Shown here piece after piece: positions 1 to 9,604 of a stretch of 64,000 nucleotides of DNA. The DNA lies in assembly GCA_021805985.1 (NCBI GenBank), contig JAJZDN010000019.1, positions 4,947-68,946 of the forward strand, read 5' to 3'. Made by a program: the position numbers and the translations under genes. Position 1 is the first letter of the stretch; each line of letters starts with the position of its first letter. This stretch comes from Planctomycetota bacterium. Lineage in GTDB: Bacteria > Planctomycetota > Phycisphaerae > WQYP01. The notes beneath the pieces were generated by a model. That model made no database searches, was not told the origin of the DNA, and saw nothing but the letters and a program-made list of their open reading frames with translations.

Positions 1-280
1 GGCGATTTTCACGCTGCCTTTCTCTTCATAAACCGCAATGCGACATGGCAGCGCCGTGGCGAGCCTCATGTCCTTCTCCAAAACCCCTTTGGCTTGCACT
101 GGATTACAAACCTCGTAAATATTGCAGGCGTTGCCGAACGCGACACCTTTCTCGACCATCTTGGCCTTCAGATCAATGACGGCGATGACGCCGAATTTAT
201 GCGCCTTGACGGCTTCCTCCAGCCGCCGGCCAACGACTTCGACGGTGCCAGTTGCTTCCTTGATATACAGTAGTTTCATT
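1..280 (-). CDS. DUF302 domain protein (C-terminus cut by window edge)
   Basis: Reverse-strand ORF starting at ATG 280..278 and running off the window start. Translation MKLLYIKEATGTVEVVGRRLEEAVKAHKFGVIAVIDLKAKMVEKGVAFGNACNIYEVCNPVQAKGV...ALPCRIAVYEEKGSVKIA matches the DUF302 pattern (NIYEVCNP / lPlkilVYE-dGkv). Confidence 0.5.
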
Positions 281-540
281 TGCTTTACCCCTTACGCTTG
301 TGAATCGATACGAGTTCAGTCCGGACCCGTGCCCATCCTCCGTCTTGGATTGCCCGCGGTCACCAATCCTTAATCCACCGGACCTCGCCACGGGCCTGAA
401 CGCCAACAATTATATGCGTCCCCATCGGCTTATAGGAGAATAAGCAATGGAAAATTATTTCTGCTTCCAGCTCTGATCATTACCGCACTCGCTATTCCCC
501 ATCGGTCCCGTATCGGCGGGTTGTAATGTTCTCTCTGTCG

Positions 541-2763
541 TCATCTCCTTGGGCACCGGCGGCGGGGGGGAATTGCTCCGGCGGCACGGACGGCGTCGGC
601 AGTTGTTTGTACCACCACGGGCGCATCGCCTGCGCGGCCGCGCAGCCAACGATTTAACTGCCGCATAATTTTCCCAAATCCATCCGCTCTTTTTGCTGCC
701 ATGCCGGAATACAGTCGCTGATTTTCCAGCATAAACGGAATCAGATCACGCAATTGCGGGCCTATCGCATGGAGATAGGGCTGGATGCTGCATCCGCGAT
801 TGGCGTTCCAGTTCTGATCGGTGCTGCGTGAAACGCTGGTTTTGCTGAGGCGGTAATAGAGCAGCGATTCCGGAATCAGTTCCAGTTTATACCCCGCCAG
901 AACCGCCCGCGCAAAAAATTCCCAGTCTTCCTGATATCCGCTGAACCGCTCTTCAAAACCGCCAAGCTTTTCAAAGACGCTTCGCTTCACCAGGCAATGC
1001 ACGTCGCCGAACACATTCGTAAACGCACCGGCCGCAGCCGCCGGCCCCAGCGGCACCCACATTGGAAATTCTACGCCCGGCTCAGGCGGCGAGTGTCCCT
1101 CAAAAAGTGTCATGGTGGACGTTGCCAGGTCGGCGTGGGTTCTCTGCGCCACTTCCATGGCGCAGGCCAGCCAGTGAGGCATGGCAATATTGTCATCATC
1201 CATAAAGGCCAGATACTCGCCCCGCGCCTGTTTGGCGGCGTTATTCCGTGCACGCCACATGTATTGATTTTCCTGCCGAATAATGCGCCAGTGACGAATT
1301 GCAAATTCACTGTCTAATGTTTTCAAAAGAGCCTGTGCTACTGCTGAAGGGCTGCCGTCATCTACCAGGATAACTTCATAATTCCGGTAGCTTTGCGCTT
1401 TCAGCGAATCCACAGCCTGCCGGAGTGTTTCCGGCCGATTGTAATGCACCAGACATACGCTGATCATTGGCGTTGCGGCATCGGATCTCTGTTTGCCGCC
1501 TGCGACCCCTTTATCATCTACGCGCTGGCTTGCCGGCGTTTGCATGTGGACTATCGACTTGATCAGGCGTTCCCAATGTTGCGCGGTGTTGGGCACTGCG
1601 GCAGGCGTTTGTATAGCGGTGATGCCGATTTGCATTGCGGTTTGGATTGTTTTAGATAAAGCCGGCGCGTTGGATGGGAAGGAGATTTTCTGAAACACAT
1701 CAGCTGTAATAAAATCCCGCAGGCCGCAATCCTCACCGATCAAAACCGGAATGCTTTCCTCAAGGCAATTGACAAGCAATTGCGATAATCTTCCAGCCCG
1801 TGCCGCAAATACCGCCATCCGACCGGCATCGCGCAGGTATACCAATTGCCGCTCCACGTCCACCTCCGCCAGAATGCTGTATCGCCAGCCTGATCGACGT
1901 AGTGCCTTGCGAACATACCAGTCGCCGGCAAGTTGTCCGACCTCTCCGATAGCACCCATAAAAGTGATTTTTAGTTTCTCGCGAAGCGTTGCCGGCAATA
2001 GTTTGATGGCTTGGCAAAATAATTCCACCCCATCGCTGGAATCCATCGCGCCGGCGAAAACCAGCTCGGTCAGCGGGTTGCCAGCGGCTCGGTCGGCGGG
2101 CGCTGCGGCATTTACCTTTGGCTTTTCCAGCGATCCACCGGACTTTGCTAATGTTGTGGGTAACGGCGGAAGCACGCTGGTGTTAGCGGGTAGCACCCAT
2201 CCGCTGCTTTCAAGCCAGTCGCGTAATCCGCACGTGCCCACCACGGCCGCATCCGCCCGATGTACTATTTCCCGTTCCATAAACATGACCTCAAGGGCGT
2301 CCACACTGGTCGGCATAGACTGCCGCGCGTGGTATCGCCATTGGGTGGGAGCCATTAAATACGTTACAAATCGGGTTTTTTCAAAGGCGATTCCCTGCTG
2401 CCGGGCCAGAACGGCGTAATAGCTTATACCCTGCCAGACAGGCGTAATAACGCAGTCATACGAAGTGGTCTGCGATTTAAGCCAGCGATAAAATTCATAA
2501 CTGCGTCTGCGAAACCAGCCCCCGATAACCTGCGCTTCCGTAAGCCCATCCAGCGTTACCACGCGAACGCCCCGTGAGGCGGTCATTTGGGCGTAAGGAT
2601 CGTTATCCGCTTTTAATGCCCTGTCCGCCGTGGATATGCACAGGGTAATATCATGTCCGCTTACCGCTAATGCATCCGCCAAATTGATGCACGCCTGCTG
2701 GGCATCATCCGGTGCGAACGCCGCAGGCACTGGCGGTATTGCGATGCAAATCTTTAAGCCCAT
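541..2763 (-). CDS. bifunctional glycosyltransferase (N-terminal GT-B/GT4-like domain + GT2 family domain)
   Basis: 740-aa ORF. The N-terminal part resembles a retaining GT-B fold (MGLKICIAIPP...GISYYAVLARQQGIAF). The central segment VSVCLVHYNRPETLRQAVDSLKAQSYRNYEVILVDDGSP plus a DxD-like MDDD motif is typical of GT2. Confidence 0.7.
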   Translation of the reverse strand: MGLKICIAIPPVPAAFAPDDAQQACINLADALAVSGHDITLCISTADRALKADNDPYAQMTASRGVRVVTLDGLTEAQVIGGWFRRRSYEFYRWLKSQTTSYDCVITPVWQGISYYAVLARQQGIAFEKTRFVTYLMAPTQWRYHARQSMPTSVDALEVMFMEREIVHRADAAVVGTCGLRDWLESSGWVLPANTSVLPPLPTTLAKSGGSLEKPKVNAAAPADRAAGNPLTELVFAGAMDSSDGVELFCQAIKLLPATLREKLKITFMGAIGEVGQLAGDWYVRKALRRSGWRYSILAEVDVERQLVYLRDAGRMAVFAARAGRLSQLLVNCLEESIPVLIGEDCGLRDFITADVFQKISFPSNAPALSKTIQTAMQIGITAIQTPAAVPNTAQHWERLIKSIVHMQTPASQRVDDKGVAGGKQRSDAATPMISVCLVHYNRPETLRQAVDSLKAQSYRNYEVILVDDGSPSAVAQALLKTLDSEFAIRHWRIIRQENQYMWRARNNAAKQARGEYLAFMDDDNIAMPHWLACAMEVAQRTHADLATSTMTLFEGHSPPEPGVEFPMWVPLGPAAAAGAFTNVFGDVHCLVKRSVFEKLGGFEERFSGYQEDWEFFARAVLAGYKLELIPESLLYYRLSKTSVSRSTDQNWNANRGCSIQPYLHAIGPQLRDLIPFMLENQRLYSGMAAKRADGFGKIMRQLNRWLRGRAGDAPVVVQTTADAVRAAGAIPPRRRCPRR

Positions 2764-2865
2764 TATCCTGACCCAGTTTCCAAGAAGTGTGACCCTAACC
2801 CCCAGATACTATACCGGGTCTGCACCAGTTAGGTAACAGCGCAACAACCCCTCCATGATGTTAGC

Positions 2866-2948
2866 CGGCACATTCATGTGCCGCTGCCCCGCCAACCCAG
2901 ACCAGTGCCCCAACCCCCATGTTAGCCGGCACATTCATGTGCCGCTGG
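2866..2948. repeat. two direct copies of a 30-bp motif (catgttagccggcacattcatgtgccgctg) each containing a perfect 8-bp-stem hairpin (cggcacat/atgtgccg)
   Basis: Seen directly at 2866-2895 and 2919-2948. Intergenic, downstream of the glycosyltransferase. Confidence 0.6.
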
Positions 2949-3177
2949 AAGAGGCGCGCTGTCACAGCAAGAAACTAGGCTCCGCAGTGAAGTCCTGTGG
3001 TTCGAGGGGGATCCACCATGGAATCTCGGCACGCGGCATGTAGGTCAAAACAGACTGTAAAAAGGACCGCGGATCACGCGGATTACGCGGATAAAAGACG
3101 GGCATCTCAAATCTCAAATCTCAAATTTGAAATTTGAAATTCGCGCTATTGAGGCTCGATAGTAGGGAGTGGATCGT

Positions 3178-3560
3178 AGACCGCAGGCTGCAGGTGGGTG
3201 TTGTGTTTCGGCGACAGCCGCTCTTTTGTCCCCAGCCTTATTTGCTCTCCTGTTCACCTCTCTAAATTCGCCTGCTCTATTGGGCCTTTGGCCCAATGCG
3301 CAGATCAGGTGATTAGGTGACCGCAGGTGGGTGTTGTGTTTCGGCGACAGCCGCTCTTTTGTCCCCAGCCGAATTTGCTCTCCTGTTCACCTCTCTAAAT
3401 TCGCTGCTCTATTGGGCCTTTGGCCCAATGCGCAGATCAGGTGATTAGGTGACCGCAGGTGGGTGTTGTGTTTTGGCGACAGCCGCCCTGTTGTCCCGAG
3501 CCTTATTTGCTCTCCTGTTCACCTCTCTAAATTCGCCTGCTCTATTGGGCCTTTGGCCCA

Positions 3561-3570
<10 letters not shown>
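3178..3570. repeat. three tandem ~131-bp repeats abutting the 3' end of tRNA-Arg
   Basis: Units begin at about 3178, 3319 and 3450 and are near-identical. Each ends with the hairpin ttgggcctttggcccaa followed by a tgcgc motif that mimics the tRNA 3' end; the last unit runs directly into the tRNA acceptor stem. Confidence 0.8.
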
Positions 3571-3634
<64 letters not shown>

Positions 3635-4072
3635 CATGTCAATGTGCTTCCCGGCTCCATTAACGAATTCAATATTATCTTCAACTATCGCTGAAAAGCA
3701 AGGATTCGCCGATCAGCACCAAATTTCCTGCTGGGAGAAGAAGCGGTCGATTATTTTTCATACGATCCCAACAGGATTGAACCGCGGATTGTGCAGATAA
3801 CGCGGAGAATTGGCCTGCCACCCGGTTAAAGCAGGGCAACCTTTCATCGTGCTTTCCACCAATCGCGGCGGCGGAGCAGTGCGGTGTTGAATCAAACCGC
3901 GTCCCGCGGCGAGCTCGGCGCTGCCACATTGAGCTAAGGGTTAGCATCGCGGGCAGGGCGTTGTTGGAGAAAATGGTTGCGATGGATATTCATGTTGTTG
4001 AGTGGTTGATTCTCTGATTTCCGGTCCTACACTCTTGGGGCCTAAAATCTCGGCTAAATGGAGCTTGTGGCT

Positions 4073-4201
4073 ATGGATTTACAACTGAAAAATAAATCGG
4101 CGTTGGTTACAGGCTCCACTGCGGGTATCAGGTTGGCGATTACTAGGGCGCTGGCGGCCGAAGGGGCGCATGTGATTGTCAGGACAATAAAGCCATGAGA
4201 A
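4073..4201 (+). pseudogene. N-terminal remnant of a short-chain dehydrogenase/reductase (42 codons then stop)
   Basis: ATG 4073 translates to MDLQLKNKSALVTGSTAGIRLAITRALAAEGAHVIVRTIKP*. This is the classical SDR Rossmann start (TGxxxGIG ... GA.V) truncated by a stop; no continuation in frame. Confidence 0.4.
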
Positions 4202-4307
4202 CCATCTGGGGCGCGGCATGAATGTCCGAGTTGTGCAACGGGTGTGTTTGTGATTTTGAGGACACCCAGATTGTTTCAAAGCGGCTGTTGCGACTAAAAT
4301 CCCCCTT

Positions 4308-5660
4308 ATGCAGAGCAATGACACGATCGTGGCAATCAGTTCACCGGCGGGATCAGCTCCGCGCGGCATTATCCGACTTTCCGGGCCGCAGAGTTGGGCC
4401 ATCGCCCAAGGCGTGTTGCGGCCTTTGGCCCCTATACGGCCATACTGCTGGATAGATGCCTGGCTTGATGATCCTGCGTTGCCGGTCGGACTTATGCTTT
4501 TCCAGGCGCCGCGCAGTTTTACCGGGCAGGATGTTGCGGAATTACATATCCCCGGATCGCCGGCACTGCTGGCCATGACCATGGAGAAATTTCTGACCCA
4601 TGGGGCGCGGCAGGCGGAGGGGGGCGAATTTTCGGCCCGGGCATTTCTTAATGGCAAATTAGATCTTACCGAAGCGGAGGGAATTGCGGCGACCATTGCA
4701 GCACGCAGCGATCATCAGTTGCGTGCTGCGGCGAGTTTGCGCCATGGCAGCCTGCACCGCTGGGTGCAGAAGCAGGCTGATAATTTGGCAGACCTTCTTG
4801 CAATGGTGGAGGCGGGCATTGATTTCAGCGATGAACCGGGCGTAAGCTTCATCGCGTTGGATCAGTTACAACAACGCCTGAATGACATAAGCTGTGCGAT
4901 GCAGACACTGGAATCGCGATCGGTCAGTTGGGAGGCTCTGCCGGCTATGCCCACGGTGATCATGTTGGGGCGGCCCAATGTTGGGAAAAGTTCCCTGCTC
5001 AACGCGCTTTCCGGTCAACAGCGTGCCATTGTTTCACCGGTCGCGGGCACCACCCGCGATGCGCTGTCCGTTGAGATCTCTGATGCGTCCCGCTCGGTAC
5101 GATTGGTTGATGCCGCTGGCGTAGAAACTGACCTTACCCCAATGGCCAACCTGATGAACGATGCCCGGCGGCAAACGCTGTTGCGCGCGGATGTTATTCT
5201 CCTGGTCATCGACCATACCGATACGGATGGTTCATTACAGGCATTGCTGGGAGAGGTTCAAGACATCCATGTATGGAAAATTATTGTACGCAATAAATCC
5301 GATTTGTCCGCCGGGCTGCGTGCTTCACCCGCCGCCATACCGTTGCCTTGGATAAATGCTTCCGCTAAAACCGGTGACAGCCTCCCGGCCCTTCGCACGA
5401 CGCTCTTTGATTACGCGCACCGGCAGGCTCCCGTAACGGAAGATTGCCTGACGTTAAACAGCCGCCATCAGTTGCTGCTCCGGCAGGCGCGCGCCGCCGT
5501 GCAACGGGCTGGGGAAATTCTAGCGTCTTCCGGACAATTTCCGGAATTGCTGGCCGCGGATTTGCGAGCGGCGTTGGATGATCTGGGGGCCATTTCCGGC
5601 ACCATCAGCAGTGATGACGTGCTGGGCCGCATTTTCAGCAGTTTCTGCATCGGGAAATAG
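4308..5660 (+). CDS. mnmE: tRNA uridine-5-carboxymethylaminomethyl modification GTPase MnmE
   Basis: 450 aa. N-terminal THF-binding domain, G-domain with GRPNVGKSSLLNAL and VAGTTRD motifs, and the diagnostic C-terminal CIGK. Confidence 0.9.
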   Translation: MQSNDTIVAISSPAGSAPRGIIRLSGPQSWAIAQGVLRPLAPIRPYCWIDAWLDDPALPVGLMLFQAPRSFTGQDVAELHIPGSPALLAMTMEKFLTHGARQAEGGEFSARAFLNGKLDLTEAEGIAATIAARSDHQLRAAASLRHGSLHRWVQKQADNLADLLAMVEAGIDFSDEPGVSFIALDQLQQRLNDISCAMQTLESRSVSWEALPAMPTVIMLGRPNVGKSSLLNALSGQQRAIVSPVAGTTRDALSVEISDASRSVRLVDAAGVETDLTPMANLMNDARRQTLLRADVILLVIDHTDTDGSLQALLGEVQDIHVWKIIVRNKSDLSAGLRASPAAIPLPWINASAKTGDSLPALRTTLFDYAHRQAPVTEDCLTLNSRHQLLLRQARAAVQRAGEILASSGQFPELLAADLRAALDDLGAISGTISSDDVLGRIFSSFCIGK

Positions 5661-5689
5661 CACAGCAGCTTCTGGGTGACCATCTCCCA

Positions 5690-6370
5690 TCATATTTCCA
5701 AGGTCAGTTTCTCAGAGGCCAATGGGATCAGTTCGAGGCGCATTGGCTTGCGTGCGGCGGCCATGAGGGTGTCGCGCACTGTCGGAGAAAGCGTATGGAG
5801 ATCTCCGCCATCGAAGCAGGTTAAGGCCTTGAGACTTTCCATGGGCTGGAATGCCGCACCGAATAATGTCCGCGCCGCAGACAAGGCCTGTGCCAAACTT
5901 CCGCCTGCGGCTAACATCACCGCGATATCCTGGTAATCTTTCGCCTCCACGCGTTGCAGGATTACTTTCACCTTGAAAGCCAGCAAATCGGCCGGTGAGG
6001 CGGCTAACACGCTTCCGTCATCGGTAAATTCCGGCACACCAACACGACCATTGGTTATCCTGCCAAAGAAAGAGACCTGCACAGGTCTCTCGCCGGGCAT
6101 ATTATCTGCTGCCAGCAGGGTCCAGCTTTGGGCGGTCTCCTGAAGTACCTGGGCGGTGGCTAAAAATGGAAACGCCTCGGCCACGGCGGGTTTATCCAGC
6201 AAATTATCCGTGAAGAAATCAAAGTCGATGGATTGCCGATGCCCGAGTCGCAATGCCACCGCCGTGCCGCCGTATAGGACAAGCCCCATTGCGGCAGCAG
6301 CACGGAATTGAGGCCAGAGGCGTTTCTGCGCCAGCGGTAAGATATCCCATCGCGTTTTAAACTGCGTCAT
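5690..6370 (-). CDS. nucleotidyltransferase AbiEii/AbiGii-family toxin (type IV TA / abortive infection)
   Basis: 226 aa beginning MTQFKTRWDI...LYGGTAVALRLGHRQSIDFDFF..., recalled as the AbiEii-type (DUF1814) nucleotidyltransferase family. It is translationally coupled (4-nt overlap) to a small upstream ORF. Confidence 0.7.
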   Translation of the reverse strand: MTQFKTRWDILPLAQKRLWPQFRAAAAMGLVLYGGTAVALRLGHRQSIDFDFFTDNLLDKPAVAEAFPFLATAQVLQETAQSWTLLAADNMPGERPVQVSFFGRITNGRVGVPEFTDDGSVLAASPADLLAFKVKVILQRVEAKDYQDIAVMLAAGGSLAQALSAARTLFGAAFQPMESLKALTCFDGGDLHTLSPTVRDTLMAAARKPMRLELIPLASEKLTLEI

Positions 6371-6696
6371 GCCAATCTCCGTTGCGGAAGGGGCGGAATT
6401 TTTTCGCCGTCAGATAGTCCTAGCCGGTGGTGCCAGTAATGCCATGATCGCAAATTAAATTCGCCCGCTTCCGCAGAACACACTACTTCACGTAATCCCG
6501 CATCGCCCACTGCCTCGGTCAATTCGCAGACATCGTCAAAGTCCCCCATGTTCATAACCTGCGCCATGATGCGATGCGGGTACGCCACGGCATCTTCCGG
6601 CGATTTCCACCAGATATATTTTGCGGCCAAACGCTTGAGCAGTTCCTGGTCCATAAAGCACGCATAGAGCATACCCAAAGTGTCAGTAAAACGCAT
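6367..6696 (-). CDS. small protein translationally coupled upstream of the AbiEii toxin; putative cognate antitoxin of unknown family
   Basis: 109-aa ORF whose stop overlaps the toxin start (ATGA). Its start abuts a REP element. No recognisable DNA-binding motif was seen by eye. Confidence 0.4.
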   Translation of the reverse strand: MRFTDTLGMLYACFMDQELLKRLAAKYIWWKSPEDAVAYPHRIMAQVMNMGDFDDVCELTEAVGDAGLREVVCSAEAGEFNLRSWHYWHHRLGLSDGEKIPPLPQRRLA

Positions 6697-6702
6697 TCCG
6701 CG

Positions 6703-6950
6703 GAAAACTCAACGCGAAGAACTCAACGCTGCCGCATTGAGCTACGGTGTCATCGTGATTCGGTGCCGCGTGCCTTCAATGGAAACGATCTTTAGCCCGA
6801 CGCGGCAGCGTCGCGGTTGGACGCGGGATAGGGTGGCGGAAAAAACCGCATCCTCGCCCGGCGCGCACGGGGGTGCCGGCCACGGGGAAACTGCGTTACG
6901 TCCTGAAAACGCATTCCGCGAAGAACTCAACGCTGCCGCATTGAGCTAAT
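6703..6950 (+). repeat. ~250-bp REP-bearing element, copy 1 (REP motif gaactcaacgctgccgcattgagcta at both ends)
   Basis: Near-identical to 7637-7885 in the same orientation. The pair brackets the RAYT gene. Confidence 0.8.
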
Positions 6951-6965
6951 GATGTGCATCCTGAA

Positions 6966-7466
6966 TCAAGGCCGCACGCGGTCGCATAATCGGGGGATAT
7001 CCCTGCGCCAGAAAATTATTGCCTGGGCGGGCAGATAATCATAAAGCAAGTGCCGCAGGTGCGCCCTGTTCTTCACGCGTTGCGGATGGCCATTTCGCGC
7101 CAGCCACCGACGTCCGTAACCATAGGTTCTTCCCAACTGAAGGCTCATGATCTGCTTGAGGGTTTGCTGAACTTTTTTCGGGGAATGCTGCGTTTGCCAC
7201 GCAACAACAATATGCAAATGTGTAGCCTGCGTTGCAACCGCATAAATCTGCCAGTCGCGGCGCTGGGCTGATTCGAGAACAGCGTAAAGAAGAATTTCCT
7301 GATCCTCCCGATGCCAGTAGACGGCGGGGAAGCGGGCAGTGCGGGTCCAATGCAACGCCAGTTTTTCTTCCGGCGCATACCGTCCACGGTTGCGCCGGTA
7401 ATAACCCTTCGGGTTGTCAGCGTTCCAGGTGAAAAAACCGTGGACAATTACATGGTAAACTGGCAT
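6966..7466 (-). CDS. REP-associated tyrosine transposase (RAYT; IS200/IS605-like Y1 HuH transposase)
   Basis: 166 aa with HuH motif (ATHLHIVVAW) and a C-terminal Tyr-containing helix (RHLLYDYLPAQ). The size and the flanking REP elements are typical of TnpA-REP. RBS GGGAGG 5 nt before the ATG. Confidence 0.7.
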   Translation of the reverse strand: MPVYHVIVHGFFTWNADNPKGYYRRNRGRYAPEEKLALHWTRTARFPAVYWHREDQEILLYAVLESAQRRDWQIYAVATQATHLHIVVAWQTQHSPKKVQQTLKQIMSLQLGRTYGYGRRWLARNGHPQRVKNRAHLRHLLYDYLPAQAIIFWRRDIPRLCDRVRP

Positions 7467-7636
7467 GTTAACCTCCCTCTCTGTCTAACAAACCGACCAT
7501 ATTGTCTGCCGCCAGTGCCCGTTTGGCAAGCTGTGGCCGGATCTGCTGGCCGGATTTGCGGTGGCTGATGTGGTGGCACCCTTCACGCATTTGGACTAAT
7601 TGCGACGGGGGGGAGTTCCCTCGTGCCATGAAAACA

Positions 7637-7885
7637 CATCGCGCGAAGAACTCAACGCTGCCGCATTGAGCTACGGGGTCATCGTGATTCGGTGCCGCGT
7701 GCCTTCAATGGAAGCGATCTTTAGCCCGACGCGGCAGCGTCGCGGTTGGACGCGGGATAGGGTTGCGGAAAAACTCGCATCCTCGCCCGGCGCGCACGGG
7801 GGTTCCAGCCACGGGGAAACTGCGTTACGTCATGAAAACGCATCGCGCGGAAAACTCAACGCTGCCGCATTGAGCTACGGGGTCC
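7637..7885 (+). repeat. ~250-bp REP-bearing element, copy 2
   Basis: Direct repeat of 6703-6950 with a few mismatches. Confidence 0.8.
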
Positions 7886-7908
7886 GGACGAGGATCCGGC
7901 GGAGCGGA

Positions 7909-9357
7909 TTATTCTATTTCTGTGCGAAGTAATACGACAGAGGGTGCCTCACGCTGGGCGAGTTTGCGCTGTAAAGTACGCACCGAAATCCCGATGGCAT
8001 GGGCGGCTTTGGTGCGGTTGTTGGAAAAGCGGATCATCGCATTATTAATGGCCTGATGCTCAAGCTGGGCCAGCGTCAGGATGGGCGCGTTGCCCGATGG
8101 CGAGATCATGTTGGAGTCGCCGGAAAAGCTGACCGTGGTAACAGCGTGCGGCACCGTTGCTTCTATGAACGGTTTGGCCAGCATGGGTGGAAGATCACTT
8201 AGAGCAAGGGTGGTTCTGGATTTATCAGAAAGCACCATGGCCCGCTCGATGACATTGAGAAGTTCACGCACATTGCCAGGCCAGTTGTAACGTTCCAATG
8301 CTTCCAACGCTGGCGCACTGACCGAGCTTACATTGCAGTCATTTTGCAAATTCACGCGTTCGATAAAACCGCGCACCAGCAATGGAATATCTTCCACACG
8401 CTCCCGTGGCGGCGGCATGCGAATGGTGATGATGTTTAGGCGATAGTATAAATCTTCACGGAATTGGCCTTTGGCCACCATGGATGGCAAATCCCGGCTT
8501 GTGGCTGCCACCACGCGCGTATCGACTTTAATGTCCCGATGGCCGCCCAGCGGGGTCACAATGCGGTTTTCCAGAACGCGCAGCAGCTTGGCCTGCAGCG
8601 GCAGGGAACAATCACCAATTTCATCAATAAATAAGGTGCCTCCCTTGGCGGCTTCGAATCGGCCCACACGCGTACCAACGGCTCCAGTAAAGGCACCTTT
8701 TTCATAGCCAAATAATTCACTTTCTATCAGGGATTCAGGCATGGCTGCGCAGTTCAGGGCAATAAACGGGCCTGCACTACGGGGAGAATTTCGGTGAATG
8801 GCCTGGGCTGCAAGGTCTTTGCCGGTTCCGGATTCTCCCAGAATCAGAACGGTGCTGAAGGCCTGACTGGAGCGGGCGATCAAACGAAAAACATTTTTCA
8901 TGGCCGACGAATGGCCTAACATCCCATTCTTGGAGCCATCCAACTCCGGTTCGTCCACGGCACTGTCCGGTTTGGCGTTCCCCTGGCAGGCCTGCACCAG
9001 CCCCATGAGCCTGGTGAGCATGAGTTTGGCGTCTATGAGATTATCCATGCCGTGATGCTCCCCACCGCTGATGGATTTAACCATGTCGTCCACGGATTGC
9101 GTTTCATGAACCAGTGGCAGGGGCGTTTCAGGAAAATAAGTCTTCCAGTGGGCCATGAGATCAAGTCCTGAAATGTCGCCCGCAATCACGCCGGCGACAA
9201 TCCCGTCAACTCCCTGGTCCACAAAGTCTAAAGCCTTTTCCACAGAGTCCGTCAGTTTGACGTTGTACCCCGCGTCGGTCAGGAGTCGTTCCATCGCGGT
9301 GCGCTCGGAGGGATTATCTTCAATAACCAGTATCTCAAAGTGATCCTTTGTTTTCAT
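7909..9357 (-). CDS. sigma-54-dependent Fis-family response regulator (NtrC-like: REC + AAA+ + HTH)
   Basis: 482 aa. N-terminal receiver domain (ILVIEDNPSER...D), Walker A GESGTGKDLAAQAIH, a GAFTGA motif and a C-terminal Fis-type HTH. Confidence 0.85.
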   Translation of the reverse strand: MKTKDHFEILVIEDNPSERTAMERLLTDAGYNVKLTDSVEKALDFVDQGVDGIVAGVIAGDISGLDLMAHWKTYFPETPLPLVHETQSVDDMVKSISGGEHHGMDNLIDAKLMLTRLMGLVQACQGNAKPDSAVDEPELDGSKNGMLGHSSAMKNVFRLIARSSQAFSTVLILGESGTGKDLAAQAIHRNSPRSAGPFIALNCAAMPESLIESELFGYEKGAFTGAVGTRVGRFEAAKGGTLFIDEIGDCSLPLQAKLLRVLENRIVTPLGGHRDIKVDTRVVAATSRDLPSMVAKGQFREDLYYRLNIITIRMPPPRERVEDIPLLVRGFIERVNLQNDCNVSSVSAPALEALERYNWPGNVRELLNVIERAMVLSDKSRTTLALSDLPPMLAKPFIEATVPHAVTTVSFSGDSNMISPSGNAPILTLAQLEHQAINNAMIRFSNNRTKAAHAIGISVRTLQRKLAQREAPSVVLLRTEIE

Positions 9358-9604
9358 ATTCTTTGCTCCGTCATTTGTTCCCGTCCAAGATTCCAGGATA
9401 ATTCGCCGGTGAATTGCGAAGGGCGAGGAACGGCGGTCTATTTTTCGTCCTGTGTATTAACATATGCTCCCCTAATGCTTTTTCATCATACAGCTCATGC
9501 GCGGATAAAGCAAAAAAGCCGGGAATACCATTTGGAATGATATTCCCGGCTAGTTAAAGGCAAATCATGGATTCATCCTGATGAACTCATTGATGGGAAC
9601 TCGC

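Noticed and set aside
1751-2419. 222-aa plus-strand ORF and other ORFs at 997-2017
   Set aside because: Embedded antisense or off-frame within the 740-aa glycosyltransferase gene.
4079-4696. 205-aa ORF on minus strand
   Set aside because: Antisense to the well-supported mnmE gene. A high-GC antisense ORF artefact.
6680-7932. ORFs 6680-6949(+), 6742-6930(-) and 7600-7932(+) overlapping the 250-bp REP-bearing elements
   Set aside because: They are translations of the duplicated non-coding element (identical 'EELNAAALSYGVIVIRCRVPSME...' peptides on both copies). No RBS; they coincide exactly with repeat boundaries.
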